In this document: in pieces, positions 1 to 10,797 of the stretch
Layout of the letters: each line of letters begins with the position of its first letter
Numbering within the stretch: position 1 is the stretch's first letter
Source: Thermoanaerobaculia bacterium
GTDB lineage: Bacteria; Acidobacteriota; Thermoanaerobaculia; Multivoradales; JAGPDF01
Length of the DNA: 64,000 bases
Direction of reading: 5' to 3'
Assembly: GCA_039932315.1 (NCBI GenBank)
Contig: JBDTQG010000006.1
Span: 10,160 to 74,159, forward strand
The notes under the pieces: model-generated
The model's database searches: none
Told to the model about the DNA's origin: nothing
Seen by the model: the letters and a program-made list of their open reading frames with translations, nothing else
Program-made: the position numbers and the translations under genes

Positions 1-1897
1 CGCCGTCGCTCTGCGGATCGCAGAGTCCGTAGCCTTTGGCGACGAGCTGCCACCAGTCGATCCGTTCGACGAGCCCGCTGCCGGCGGCGAGCAGGTAGTA
101 CCGCACCAGATAGTCGGCCTGACTGGTTTCGTCGACCGCGACGCTGCGGCCGGCCGGCGAGTGCGGCCCTTCGCGCAGCGGCCAGTTGACCTCCGAGATC
201 CACTGCCGGGCGCTGGCCACGCGCCGGGCGGTGCCACCGATCGCCGTCAACAGGCGCACCTTTTCGACGGTGTCGAAGCCGAGCTGGCGGTTCTCCGGAG
301 CCCCGCGCCGATCGACGTAAAGCAGACTCGCCAGCCCGTCGAAGCGCAGCGCCGGATGCCCGAGATTCATCACCGCAGCGGTCACGTGCGCTTCGAAGTC
401 GATCACCGCCGGGCCGAAGAGCTCGATCCCGGGACCCCATCGGTCGTCGCGCAGGATCTCCGCAGCGCGCGCGGCGAGATCGAGATACTCGTCGTAGTTC
501 CAGATTCCCCACTTGCTGCGATTGATCGCCTGACCGATCTGAAAACGCCGGCCGAACGGCGTGAACAGTTCGGCGAGCCGCGCGATCGCCGCCGACCAGC
601 GCGCCGGATCGCGCACCAGCTCGCGGTTCTGCGGCAGCGTGAAGGCGATCTCGACGCCGCGCGCGCTGAGCTCGGCCGCGAGCGCCAGCTCATCGCCGTG
701 GTCCTCCTGCCAGGGATGAAGCCGCAGCGTCGCCCGTCGCGTGCCCAGGCGGTCGAATGCCGCAAGAAGCGCCGCCGGATTGTCCGGCCACGGACGAAGC
801 GCGATTCCAGGATCGGGCCAGGCGAACGGTGTGACCGGCGAAGCCGCCAGCTCGCGATAGCGCGAGCGAATGCGTGGCAACGCCGCCGTGAGAGCGGCGG
901 CGGCCCGAAGATGCTTCGGCAGATCGGCGATGCGGATGCGCGCCCTCGCCCACCGTCCTGCATGCTGATGGGGCTGATCCGAAAGCCGGTCCCAGACCGC
1001 GCGATCGCGCACCTCGGCTCCCGACGGCGGCGGCGGAATGTGCGCATGGACGCCGCGCGGGACGAGCCACGACTTCGCCGTCGTGAGTCCGCCGCGCAAA
1101 CGCGCCTTGAGGCGGTTCTTGCCGAGGAAGCTGCGGCGTGCGAGCTCGTAGCTCGCCCGCGCCGGTTCCGGAACCGGCGCCGGAGAGAAGTAGGCGGCGA
1201 GCAGCAGCTCGCGATCGGCGGCCAGCTCGAGCGGCAGCCGGCAGAGGTCGCGCATGCGCGCCGCTGAAGGCACCGTGGCGAGCACGCGGCAACGATTGAG
1301 GTCGAGCACCGCAACGTCGGCGATCTCTTCGGGGCGCGAGCCGGGCAGGAGCAGGAGATTCCCGATCGAGAAGTCGCGGTGGAAGAAACCGGCGTCGTGC
1401 ATCCGTCGGGCGTAGCGCGCCACCGCGGAAATCGCCGCCGCAGCATCGATGCGCGGAAAGCTCTCGCGGTCGGTGCCGGCGTTTCGCGCCCGCAGCAGAT
1501 AGCGCAGCTCCACGCGGTCGTCGAGGCTGGCGGTGACGAAGATCGCCGTCGGATCGCCCGCCAGGGCCTCCGCCCAGAGCAGCGGCTCGGGCGTCGAGAG
1601 CCCGGCGGCGGTGAACGCCGTCGCGATGCGGAAACTCTTCGCCGCTTTGCTCTCTCCGCGCCGACGCGCGACCCGCGCCCGCGCGCCTCGTCCGCGGAAC
1701 TGCTTCACGGCGACCGCAATCTCGCCGTCGACAGTCTCGAGAACGGCGCGATAGATGTAATTCCTCCCCCAGTGCAGCGTGGCAGTGGCCGCGCCCGGAT
1801 CGAGCAGCGCCCGGGAGGCGGCCGGAAGGTCGTCTGCAGCGAGGCGTGCCGCGGCCTCGCCGCGGAAGCCCGGCCACGCGAAGGAGATGACCGTCAC
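1..1897 (-). CDS. Partial (3' end off window) lipopolysaccharide-kinase (Kdo/WaaP/protein-kinase-like) domain protein fused to a long C-terminal domain of unknown function
   Basis: Hand-translated minus frame starts with a GTG overlapping the rng stop (GTGA). It reads VTVISFAWPGF...VDGEIAVAVKQFRGRG...RRMHDAGFFHRDFSIGNLLLLPG...ADVAVLDLNRCRV (K/HRD/N/D-x-D kinase-fold motifs). The frame was verified open from 1897 down to ~1200 and is presumed open to position 1, since no stop-delimited ORF is listed in this frame. It is absent from the ORF track because it runs off the window edge. Confidence 0.5.
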   Translation of the reverse strand, partial: MTVISFAWPGFRGEAAARLAADDLPAASRALLDPGAATATLHWGRNYIYRAVLETVDGEIAVAVKQFRGRGARARVARRRGESKAAKSFRIATAFTAAGLSTPEPLLWAEALAGDPTAIFVTASLDDRVELRYLLRARNAGTDRESFPRIDAAAAISAVARYARRMHDAGFFHRDFSIGNLLLLPGSRPEEIADVAVLDLNRCRVLATVPSAARMRDLCRLPLELAADRELLLAAYFSPAPVPEPARASYELARRSFLGKNRLKARLRGGLTTAKSWLVPRGVHAHIPPPPSGAEVRDRAVWDRLSDQPHQHAGRWARARIRIADLPKHLRAAAALTAALPRIRSRYRELAASPVTPFAWPDPGIALRPWPDNPAALLAAFDRLGTRRATLRLHPWQEDHGDELALAAELSARGVEIAFTLPQNRELVRDPARWSAAIARLAELFTPFGRRFQIGQAINRSKWGIWNYDEYLDLAARAAEILRDDRWGPGIELFGPAVIDFEAHVTAAVMNLGHPALRFDGLASLLYVDRRGAPENRQLGFDTVEKVRLLTAIGGTARRVASARQWISEVNWPLREGPHSPAGRSVAVDETSQADYLVRYYLLAAGSGLVERIDWWQLVAKGYGLCDPQSDG

Positions 1898-3525
1898 ACT
1901 TCGAGAATATCGAAGCTCGAATGGTGGAGCTTGGCGTCCCCCTGCAGAATGATCGCGACGCCGAGCGCGCGCTCGATCTCCTCGACCGTGCCGCGCTCCT
2001 CGCGCTGCAGCATGCGCGCGACATCGGGGTGAACGCGTACGAGCAGCTCCTTCGACGTCAGGGTCCCGCGCAGCGCGAGCGCCGAGCGCCGCATCGACAG
2101 GCAGACCGTGGCGATCGATTTGATTCGCCCGCTGCCTTCGCAGTAGGGGCAGGTCTGCGTCAACAGCCGCTCGAGGTTCGCCCGGCTGCGCTTGCGGGTG
2201 ATCTGGACCAGGCCGAATTCGGATATCGAAAGCACCTTGTGCTTGCCGCGATCCTTGCGCAGCTCGAGCTCGAGAGCCTGGAAGACCTGCTCGCGATGCG
2301 CGAGATCGGTCATGTCGATGAGGTCGAGGACGATGATTCCACCGAGATCGCGCAGCCGGATCTGGCGCACTGCCTCTTCGACCGCTTCGAGGTTCGTCGC
2401 GAGCGCAGTCTCCTCGAGATTGTGCCGGCCGACGAAACGCCCTGTATTGACGTCGATCGCAACCAGCGCCTCCGTCGGATTGATCACGAGATAGCCGCCC
2501 GACTTCAGCCAGACCTTCGGCTTCAGCGCCGCTTCGATCTCCTTCTCGAGGCCGAAACGCTCGAACAGTCCGCGCTCCTCGCGGTCGAGCTTCACGCGCG
2601 AGACGAGCTGCGGCTGCACCTGATCGAGAAATTCGACGATGCGCTCGTAGATCGATTCGCCGTCGACCCAGAGGAGGGAGAACTCGGCCGAAAACAGATC
2701 GCGCACCAGCCGCAGGGCGAGATCGAAGTCCTGATGCATGAGCGCCGGGGCCACGGCGGTCTCGGAGCGCCGGCGCACGGCTTCCCAGCGCGATCTCAGG
2801 AAGGCGAGATCGGCGGCGAAGTCCTCGCTGCTCCGGCCTTCGCCCGCAGTCCGCACGATCACTCCGCCTTCATGCGGAATCGACTCCAGAAGCTCCCGCA
2901 GGCGCAGGCGCTCCGCTTCGTCCTCGATCCGGCGCGACACACCCACGTGCGAAACGGTAGGAAGAAAGACGACGAATCGGCCGGGAAAGGTCACCTGCGT
3001 CGTGACCCGCGCGCCCTTGTTCGGCATCGGATCCTTCGTCACCTGAACGAGCAGTTCCTGCCCGACCTTGAGCAGCGCGTCGATCGTCGGCGACGTCGCG
3101 GGATCAAAGCGGTGCGGCTGACCGGCGAAGGTGTCGTCGTCCTGAACGTTCGGTCCGTGCTCGGGCTCGAGCTCGCCCCGCAGATCGTCGATGCCGCCCG
3201 AGTCCCGCGCCCCGGGGGCGTGCTCGTCGTGCGCGGCGCCGTTCCCGCCATTCGAGCCACTCGAGCCATCGACCGCTTCCGCTGCCTCGACGACGTCCGG
3301 AATGTAGACATCAGCGACGTAGAGGAAGGCGTCGCGGTCGAGGCCGATGTCCACGAACGCCGCCTGCATCCCCGGCAGCACGCGCGACACCCGCCCCTTG
3401 TAGACGTTGCCCACCACTCCGCGGTGATGGCGGCGCTCGAGGTAGATCTCCGTCAGCTGATCCTCTTCGAGCACCGCGACGCGGGTCTCGTGCGGATCGC
3501 TCTCGACCAGCATCTTGTGGGTCAA
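1894..3525 (-). CDS. rng: Ribonuclease G/E family (RNase G, CafA)
   Basis: N-terminal S1 domain, YKGRVSRVLPGMQAAFVDIGLDRDAFLYV...KGARVTTQVTFPGRFVVFLP...VAIDVNTGRFVG...GGIIVLDLIDM, matching the RNase E/G catalytic core. An acidic Gly/Ser-rich insertion follows the S1 region. Confidence 0.9.
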   Translation of the reverse strand: MTHKMLVESDPHETRVAVLEEDQLTEIYLERRHHRGVVGNVYKGRVSRVLPGMQAAFVDIGLDRDAFLYVADVYIPDVVEAAEAVDGSSGSNGGNGAAHDEHAPGARDSGGIDDLRGELEPEHGPNVQDDDTFAGQPHRFDPATSPTIDALLKVGQELLVQVTKDPMPNKGARVTTQVTFPGRFVVFLPTVSHVGVSRRIEDEAERLRLRELLESIPHEGGVIVRTAGEGRSSEDFAADLAFLRSRWEAVRRRSETAVAPALMHQDFDLALRLVRDLFSAEFSLLWVDGESIYERIVEFLDQVQPQLVSRVKLDREERGLFERFGLEKEIEAALKPKVWLKSGGYLVINPTEALVAIDVNTGRFVGRHNLEETALATNLEAVEEAVRQIRLRDLGGIIVLDLIDMTDLAHREQVFQALELELRKDRGKHKVLSISEFGLVQITRKRSRANLERLLTQTCPYCEGSGRIKSIATVCLSMRRSALALRGTLTSKELLVRVHPDVARMLQREERGTVEEIERALGVAIILQGDAKLHHSSFDILEV

Positions 3526-3586
3526 AAAGAGGGCCTCATGCGCCCGATCTTACCGGGAGCGGACCGCAGACGTCTGTCGCAATCTA

Positions 3587-3636
3587 CCTGCGCCAGCCTG
3601 CGTCAGCCTGCGCCAACCTGCGCCAGCCGGCGCCTA
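3587..3636. repeat. 10-nt tandem repeat (CCTGCGYCAR)x4-5 immediately downstream of the rodA stop
   Basis: cctgcgccag cctgcgtcag cctgcgccaa cctgcgccag ccggcgccta. Confidence 0.6.
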
Positions 3637-4776
3637 CCGATTGGCGAAGCGGCGGAAGTCGACGCCGAGGATGAGACCGAGGCCGATGAAGTTCAGCAGG
3701 GTGAAGGAGCCGCCGTAGGAGAGGAACGGCAGCGGGATCCCGGTCACCGGTACCAGCCCGATGACCATCGCCGAGTTGTAGAGAACGTGGAACGAAAACG
3801 TGCTCCCCAATCCGACGACGAGCAGAATCCCGGCGCGGTCCTGGGCCCGCATGGCGATCGCGGCGAGATTCGCGAGATAGGCGGCGTAGAGGAGCAGGAC
3901 CGCACCGACGCCGAGAAAGCCCCACTCTTCCGCCAGGACCGAGAGGATGAAGTCGGTGTGACGCGCCGGAAGAAAACGCAGCTGGCTCTGGGTTCCCTGA
4001 CCATAGCCCTTGCCCGAGAGCTCCCCCGAGCCCACCGCGATCTTCGATTGCCGCACCTGATATCCGGCCCCGAGCGGATCGGTATCGGGAGCGAGGAAGG
4101 TCAGCACGCGCTGGCGCTGGTAGGGCTTCATCCCCAGACTCCAGATGAGCGCAAGCGCGAGAAGTCCGGCGCAGAGCGTCGTCAGCAGAATACGTGGCCG
4201 CACTCCGGCGACCAGCAACATTCCGACTGCCATCGGCGCGAACATCGCCGCACCGCCGAGATCGGGCTCGAGAACGATCAGCATCATCGGCGCGCCAACC
4301 AGGGCGACCGCGATGAAGATCTGTTTCAGCGGCAGCTGCCTTGTCGTCGGCGCCGCGAGATACCGGGCGAGATAGAGCGCAGTGACGAGCTTCGCGAACT
4401 CGGACGGTTGCAGGCCGACGGAACCGAGACGAAACCAGCCCTGCGCACCGCCGGCTTCGTGTCCCAGCACCAGCACGAGCGCGAGCGCTACGAGGCTCAC
4501 GGCGTAGAGCGGCAGGGAGTAGCCGAGCAGCGTGTGGTAGTTGAAGCTGAAGGAGACGACCATCGCCACGAGGCCGACGCCGATCCAGACCAGCTGGCGC
4601 GAAAAGAAGTCCGTACCGAGCTCGGCCGACGCGCTGTGCACGGTGGCGAGGCCGATCGCCGCGAGAGCGAGCGCCGAAGCGAGCAGCCCCCAGCGGATCG
4701 TCGCCAGGTGCTCGAGCCGCGGGCGCTCGTCAGGAAACGGGAGCGGTGCCGAGATCTGGCCGGAAGAGCTTTTCAT
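3634..4776 (-). CDS. mrdB: Rod shape-determining protein RodA (SEDS family, FtsW/RodA)
   Basis: Polytopic membrane protein with ~10 TM helices, immediately downstream of PBP2 in the mre/mrd cluster. Carries an FtsW/RodA-like hydrophobic profile and the SYGGSS motif region. Confidence 0.85.
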   Translation of the reverse strand: MKSSSGQISAPLPFPDERPRLEHLATIRWGLLASALALAAIGLATVHSASAELGTDFFSRQLVWIGVGLVAMVVSFSFNYHTLLGYSLPLYAVSLVALALVLVLGHEAGGAQGWFRLGSVGLQPSEFAKLVTALYLARYLAAPTTRQLPLKQIFIAVALVGAPMMLIVLEPDLGGAAMFAPMAVGMLLVAGVRPRILLTTLCAGLLALALIWSLGMKPYQRQRVLTFLAPDTDPLGAGYQVRQSKIAVGSGELSGKGYGQGTQSQLRFLPARHTDFILSVLAEEWGFLGVGAVLLLYAAYLANLAAIAMRAQDRAGILLVVGLGSTFSFHVLYNSAMVIGLVPVTGIPLPFLSYGGSFTLLNFIGLGLILGVDFRRFANR

Positions 4777-6517
4777 AGAGAGCTTTCGCGATCGGTGCGG
4801 CGACGTGCGATCCCTGTCCGCCGTGCTCGACGAAGACGACGATGACGACCGTCGGGTTCACGAACGGAGCGAACGAAGCGAACCACGCGTGGTTGCGCTC
4901 CTCGTAGTCGCGCAGATTGGAGTTCTCGTAGGCGGTGTGCGCCACGACCTGGACGGTGCCGGTCTTGCCGGCGATCTCGACTCCCGCGACGCGTGCCGAG
5001 GCGCCGGTGCCCTGATCGTTGACCACGCGCCAGAGCCCGCGGCGGATGGGCTCGAAGACCTCCGGCGCGAGGGCGATCCGGCGTGGCGGATGCGAGTCGT
5101 CGCCGCGCACGAGATGCGGCGTGACGATGTAGCCGCCGTTGGCGAACGCGGCCGCCATGGTGGCCATCTGCATCGGCGTCGCGAGCAGCGCTCCCTGCCC
5201 GATCGCGACGGAGATCGTTTCTCCCGGATACCAGGGATGACGTCGTTCGCGCTGGCTCCAGGCGCCGTCGGGCACGAGCCCGCGCTTCTCGCCATCGAGA
5301 TCGATTCCGGTCGGCACACCGAAATCGAACAGGCGGGCGTAGCGCGCGATGCGCTCGATGCCGAGCTTCTGCCCGAGCTCATAAAAATAGACGTCGCAGG
5401 AGTTCTTGAGCGCCGTCTCGAGCGTCATGAAACCGTGGCCGCCCTGTTTCCAGCAGTGGAACGAACGCTTGTAGAAGGTCTTCGCGCCGTTGCAGAAGAC
5501 GCCGTCGGACGGAGTGATGACTCCCTCGGCGAGACCAGCCGCCGCCATCACCATCTTGAACACCGAACCGGGCGGGTAGGCGCTCGCGAGCGCGCGGTTC
5601 TGGAGCGGCAGCAGCGGATCCTGGATGAGCTGCTGCCACTCGGCGACTTCGAGACGCCGGGTGAAGAGGTTCGGATCGTAGCCTGGCGCCGAGACCAGCG
5701 CCAGGATCTCGCCGTTTCTCGGATCGAGGGCAACGATCGCGCCCGCCTTGCCGGCCAGCTGGCGTTCCGCCTCCTGTTGCAGGCCGGCATCGATCGTCAA
5801 CGTGAGCGCGCCGCCCGGGCGGCCGACTTCGCGGTCGAGCTCGGCAACCGACTGGCCGTGACTGTCGACCACGACGACGCGCTCGCCGTCCTCGCCGCGA
5901 AGCTTGGCGTCATATTCGAGCTCGACACCGCGGCGGCCGACCCAGTCGCCGCTTTTCAGGTCCTTGGCCGGGTCGGCCAGCTCCTCGGGGCGCGCCTCAC
6001 CGAGATAGCCGAGAACGTGCGCTGCCTGATTGCCGAGGCGATAGAGGCGGCGATGCGAGACATCGACGACGAACTCCGGATGAGAGAGCTGCTCGACTTC
6101 GAACCGCGCGACCTGATCGAGCGTGAGGCCCTCGGCCAGGAGAACGGGCTGAAACGACGGCAGCCCGCGATAGTGCTCCAGAAGCGCCACGAGGTCGGGC
6201 AGCGGGCGATCGAGAATCGGCGCGGCGAACTTCAGGCTGGCGTCGAAACTCGCGGCGCGACTACGGTCGAGAAGGAGGTTGTAGCTCGGAAGATTCTCCA
6301 CGATGACGCGTCCGTTGCGGTCGTAGATCGAACCGCGGGGCGCCTTGATCGCCACTTTGCGCAGGCGGTTGTTCTCCGCGAGATCCCGGTAGTAGGTGCC
6401 GCGCACCACCTGGACGAACCAGAATGCGCCCGCGATCGCAGCGAGAAAGATCCCCACTACACCGGAGAGGATCCGGACCCGGCCGACCAGCGCCTCCTTG
6501 TGTTCTCCCACCCGCAT
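4730..6517 (-). CDS. mrdA: Penicillin-binding protein 2 (peptidoglycan D,D-transpeptidase MrdA)
   Basis: N-terminal TM anchor plus PBP dimerisation domain, then a transpeptidase domain with SVFK (SxxK), SCD (SxN-like) and KTGT motifs. Synteny: mreBCD-mrdA-rodA. Confidence 0.9.
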   Translation of the reverse strand: MRVGEHKEALVGRVRILSGVVGIFLAAIAGAFWFVQVVRGTYYRDLAENNRLRKVAIKAPRGSIYDRNGRVIVENLPSYNLLLDRSRAASFDASLKFAAPILDRPLPDLVALLEHYRGLPSFQPVLLAEGLTLDQVARFEVEQLSHPEFVVDVSHRRLYRLGNQAAHVLGYLGEARPEELADPAKDLKSGDWVGRRGVELEYDAKLRGEDGERVVVVDSHGQSVAELDREVGRPGGALTLTIDAGLQQEAERQLAGKAGAIVALDPRNGEILALVSAPGYDPNLFTRRLEVAEWQQLIQDPLLPLQNRALASAYPPGSVFKMVMAAAGLAEGVITPSDGVFCNGAKTFYKRSFHCWKQGGHGFMTLETALKNSCDVYFYELGQKLGIERIARYARLFDFGVPTGIDLDGEKRGLVPDGAWSQRERRHPWYPGETISVAIGQGALLATPMQMATMAAAFANGGYIVTPHLVRGDDSHPPRRIALAPEVFEPIRRGLWRVVNDQGTGASARVAGVEIAGKTGTVQVVAHTAYENSNLRDYEERNHAWFASFAPFVNPTVVIVVFVEHGGQGSHVAAPIAKALYEKLFRPDLGTAPVS

Positions 6518-6589
6518 CGCGACGAACCTTTCTACTCCCGAAACCGGCGTTGCACAAGCGAAGTCACGAAGCGGCCCTCGGTTCCCGGC

Positions 6590-7108
6590 TCACCCGGGAA
6601 GCTGAATCTTCGTCGCACGGTTGGCGCGGCGGAAGCGCAGGCGGCTGGCGATGGCATTGGCTGAGCTCGTCCACGCGAGTCCGAGAGCGGCCGTCGTGCC
6701 GACTTTCACCAGCAACCAGAGAGGATCGGGGAGCTCGGCGTGATCGCGGAACGCGAGAGCCAGCGCCGCGAGAATCGCCTGCTGCGCCGCCGCCCCGGCG
6801 GCGAAGACCGCGGCAAGCCCGGTGGTCCGCTGCACCACGAGCTGCTGTGCCGCGCGCGCGATGCCGAATCCGACCGCCGTGTCGGCGAATCCCGCGAGAC
6901 CGTAAGGGCCTCCCGAAAGTCCATCTGCGAGAAGACCCGCGGCGAGTCCGGCGAACATTCCGGACACCGGGCTGCCGTGGCGCGCTTCGAGCGCCGCGAC
7001 GAGAAGAAACAGGTCGACTGCCTGCGAGAAGTGAGGAAAGAGTCTCTCGCCGGCGAAATGAAGGAGCGCCGCAAGTCCCAGTCCGAGGACGAATTTAAGG
7101 AGACGCAT
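6590..7108 (-). CDS. mreD: Rod shape-determining protein MreD
   Basis: Small, very hydrophobic membrane protein located between mreC and mrdA. The start was chosen at the internal MRLLKFVLG; the upstream extension in the track is Arg/Cys-rich noise overlapping mreC. Confidence 0.65.
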   Translation of the reverse strand: MRLLKFVLGLGLAALLHFAGERLFPHFSQAVDLFLLVAALEARHGSPVSGMFAGLAAGLLADGLSGGPYGLAGFADTAVGFGIARAAQQLVVQRTTGLAAVFAAGAAAQQAILAALALAFRDHAELPDPLWLLVKVGTTAALGLAWTSSANAIASRLRFRRANRATKIQLPG

Positions 7109-7940
7109 GTTCCTCCTCGGTCGCGAGCTCGCGCGGCACGGCTTCTCCTTCGAGCAGGTAGACGAAGGACAGACGCGAGAAATCGACCGCCGGCCGCACG
7201 ACGATGCGATGGAAAACCTCGTTGCCCGGTTCCACGGACACCACGGTGCCGACGCGAATGCCGCGCGGATACACACCGTCGATGCCGGCCGTCAGCACAC
7301 TCTCGCCGACCTCCACTTCGGCCTGACGGGGAATGAAGTCGAGCAGCAGCTCGCCGGGCGACGAACCCCGGACGACGCCTTGCCGGCGCGAGCGCTCGAG
7401 CTGCACGCCCGATGATGCCGCACGATCGGTCAACAGCTGCACTTTCGCGTAAGCGCCCGAAACCCGGATCACGCGGCCGACGAGCCCATCGTCCGAAAGC
7501 ACGGGCTGATTGACATGAGCCGCACCGGTGCCGACGTAGAGGATGAGCGAGCGCAGCCAGGAACTGAAGTCGGCATGAACGACCTCCGCGATGCGCAACT
7601 CGGTGGCCTGACGGCGTGAGAAATCGATCGTCTTCGACAGACCGTCGATCTCCTCTTCGAGTCCCGCCATGCGCAGTTCGCGGCGGCGGAGCTCGAGGAC
7701 TTCCCGTTTGAGATCCCGGTTTTCGCTCGCGAGATCGCCGCGCAACCGCAAGCCCTCGCGCGCCGACGCGAAACCTTCCGAACCGGCGTTCACCAGGCGC
7801 GCGAGCGGCCCGAGTGTGCGGAGTGTCAGGCCTTCGAGAAGGCTGCCGGCGCTGCCGCGATCGGGCTCCTGACCGGCGACGAGAAAGAGCTGGCCGACGA
7901 GAAGGGCGACGAACAGCAGACGGACGCGACGCGGGCTCAC
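7095..7940 (-). CDS. mreC: Rod shape-determining protein MreC
   Basis: N-terminal TM segment, a coiled-coil region (ENRDLKREVLELRRRELRMAGLEEEI), then β-rich MreC domains. Sits directly downstream of mreB. Confidence 0.85.
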   Translation of the reverse strand: MSPRRVRLLFVALLVGQLFLVAGQEPDRGSAGSLLEGLTLRTLGPLARLVNAGSEGFASAREGLRLRGDLASENRDLKREVLELRRRELRMAGLEEEIDGLSKTIDFSRRQATELRIAEVVHADFSSWLRSLILYVGTGAAHVNQPVLSDDGLVGRVIRVSGAYAKVQLLTDRAASSGVQLERSRRQGVVRGSSPGELLLDFIPRQAEVEVGESVLTAGIDGVYPRGIRVGTVVSVEPGNEVFHRIVVRPAVDFSRLSFVYLLEGEAVPRELATEEEHASP

Positions 7941-7982
7941 GGTCGCAAACGAGTCCCCGGCGGATCAGCCCTCGGGGTATCG

Positions 7983-9114
<1,132 letters not shown>

Positions 9115-9140
9115 TCAGCGAGTCCTGCAGTGAGAGAATT

Positions 9141-10577
9141 TCAGAGAGTTTCCACGAAAACACGATGGCGAACGGTGGTCTCGTTTCCGGACGAGTCGGT
9201 GGAGCGCAGTTCGAGGATGCTCCAGCCTTCCTTCGGGACCAGCACGGTCTTGGTGAACGTTCCGTTGGCCGCCACCGCGACCGTTTCGCCGTTGATCTTC
9301 AGACTCGCGCCGGCTTCCGTACGACCGGCGACGATGAAGATGTTGCCATAAGCCTGCACTTGATCGACGACCAGCTCCGGCGGCGTCTTGTCGCCCTTCT
9401 CCCCCGGGCTCTCGGCAGCAAGCACCCGGAACGTCCGCGGGGAGCTCCAGGGACCCTGCAGCCCGTCCCGTCCAACCGCCGCGACCCGCCATTCGAACGT
9501 TCCTTCGCCCTGCAGTCCGAGCGTCGCCGCGGTCTTCGTGCGCGAAGCGACATCGATGACGTTGTCGACGAACAGGCGGCTGCGCGAGACCTGCAAGGCG
9601 TAGCGAGCCGCCTGCGAGACCGGCTCCCACGACAGTCCCAGAGTTTTCACCGCCGTCAGCGAAACCTCGAAATTGTCGCTCGGCCGATCCTGTTCGGGCG
9701 CCTGCAGAAGGCGATGGGGATCGGAAAGCAGGTCGCCGGTCTGCACGACCTGCTCGAGCTCACCGACCGATTTCGAGAGGCCCGCGCCTGAGGCGACCTC
9801 GAGCGAACCGCGATAGGCAACGAAGCGACCGGTCGAGGAAGCCTTGTCGTAGGAAACCACCACCTCGGACTCGCGGCCGATCGTCGCTTCGGCGCGCGGT
9901 GTCGTGACGCGCCCGCCGCGCTGCGCCGTGTTCAGGTTCACCCAGCCGTATTCCATCGCGATGGTCTGTTCGGGAGGGGAACCGGCGGAAGCCGCCTGAC
10001 GGGTCACCAGGAAGAGCGTGTTCGGACGCACGGTATAGAGCGTGCCGTCGAGAAAGACGATCTCCGCCGAACCGTTGCCGGAGGTTTTCACGTAGTCGCC
10101 GGATTGCAGGACGACGCGCGTTCGCGCCTCTTCCCATTCGCCGCGCTCGCCGCGACGGAACTCGACGCCGCCCTGCGCGGCGATGAACTGGGCCTCGCCT
10201 GTCGACGCGCGCGCTGCCGCGGAATCGAGGACGGCGAGGAGCAGCGCGCGGCTCCGGCGCGCCGCGCCGACAGCGGCGGGAAAGTCCCCGGCGGCGTAGG
10301 CGGCGGCAGCCGTGATCCGGCCACGACGCGCCGATTCGATCTCTTCGACGAAGGACCCGGCGGGCTTTTCGGTATCGGCGCGCACCAGAAGCCCTTCGAT
10401 CTCTTCGAGAATCGACACCGCTTCGCGCTCGAGCGATTTGTGTTCCCACTGCCGGTAAAGGGCGTAGCCCGCGAGCGCAAGCGCAGCGAAGGAGGCGATG
10501 ATCACTGCGCCACGCAGCGTATCCACCGACACGGTGTACCAACCCCGGGTGCGTTTGTTCAGTGGATTGGACGGCAA
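9141..10577 (-). CDS. FecR-domain membrane protein (anti-sigma/FecR-like sensor) with C-terminal β-rich domains
   Basis: N-terminal TM helix (GAVIIASFAALALAGYALY). Central FecR signature region SGDYVKTSGNGSAEIVFLDGTLYTVRPNTLFLV. No cognate ECF sigma factor is adjacent in this window. Confidence 0.55.
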   Translation of the reverse strand: MPSNPLNKRTRGWYTVSVDTLRGAVIIASFAALALAGYALYRQWEHKSLEREAVSILEEIEGLLVRADTEKPAGSFVEEIESARRGRITAAAAYAAGDFPAAVGAARRSRALLLAVLDSAAARASTGEAQFIAAQGGVEFRRGERGEWEEARTRVVLQSGDYVKTSGNGSAEIVFLDGTLYTVRPNTLFLVTRQAASAGSPPEQTIAMEYGWVNLNTAQRGGRVTTPRAEATIGRESEVVVSYDKASSTGRFVAYRGSLEVASGAGLSKSVGELEQVVQTGDLLSDPHRLLQAPEQDRPSDNFEVSLTAVKTLGLSWEPVSQAARYALQVSRSRLFVDNVIDVASRTKTAATLGLQGEGTFEWRVAAVGRDGLQGPWSSPRTFRVLAAESPGEKGDKTPPELVVDQVQAYGNIFIVAGRTEAGASLKINGETVAVAANGTFTKTVLVPKEGWSILELRSTDSSGNETTVRHRVFVETL

Positions 10578-10797
10578 CGAACGCTCCTCTTTCGCTCTCC
10601 CCGGGCCCGGTCGAGATCACCCCTGTTCGCCCATCCGGGAGCCGAAGGGACTGATTCTACTTGAAGTTACGGGACATGGCGTGGCCCCGGAAAGGGCCTC
10701 CCCGGGCCCCGCCGCCGGGCCGGCCGGCGAGCTTCCGTTGGCGCTCTCGCGAGCGCCTTGATATCTTCGACCGTTCTCGCCCGGGCAGCTCGAGCCC

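Noticed and set aside
1921-4845. 974-aa plus-strand ORF spanning rng and rodA
   Set aside because: It is antisense to two well-supported genes (RNase G, RodA). It has extreme Arg/Asp/Glu content and no motifs.
4541-6664. 707-aa plus-strand ORF antisense to PBP2
   Set aside because: Same high-GC antisense artefact. PBP2 motifs are on the minus strand.
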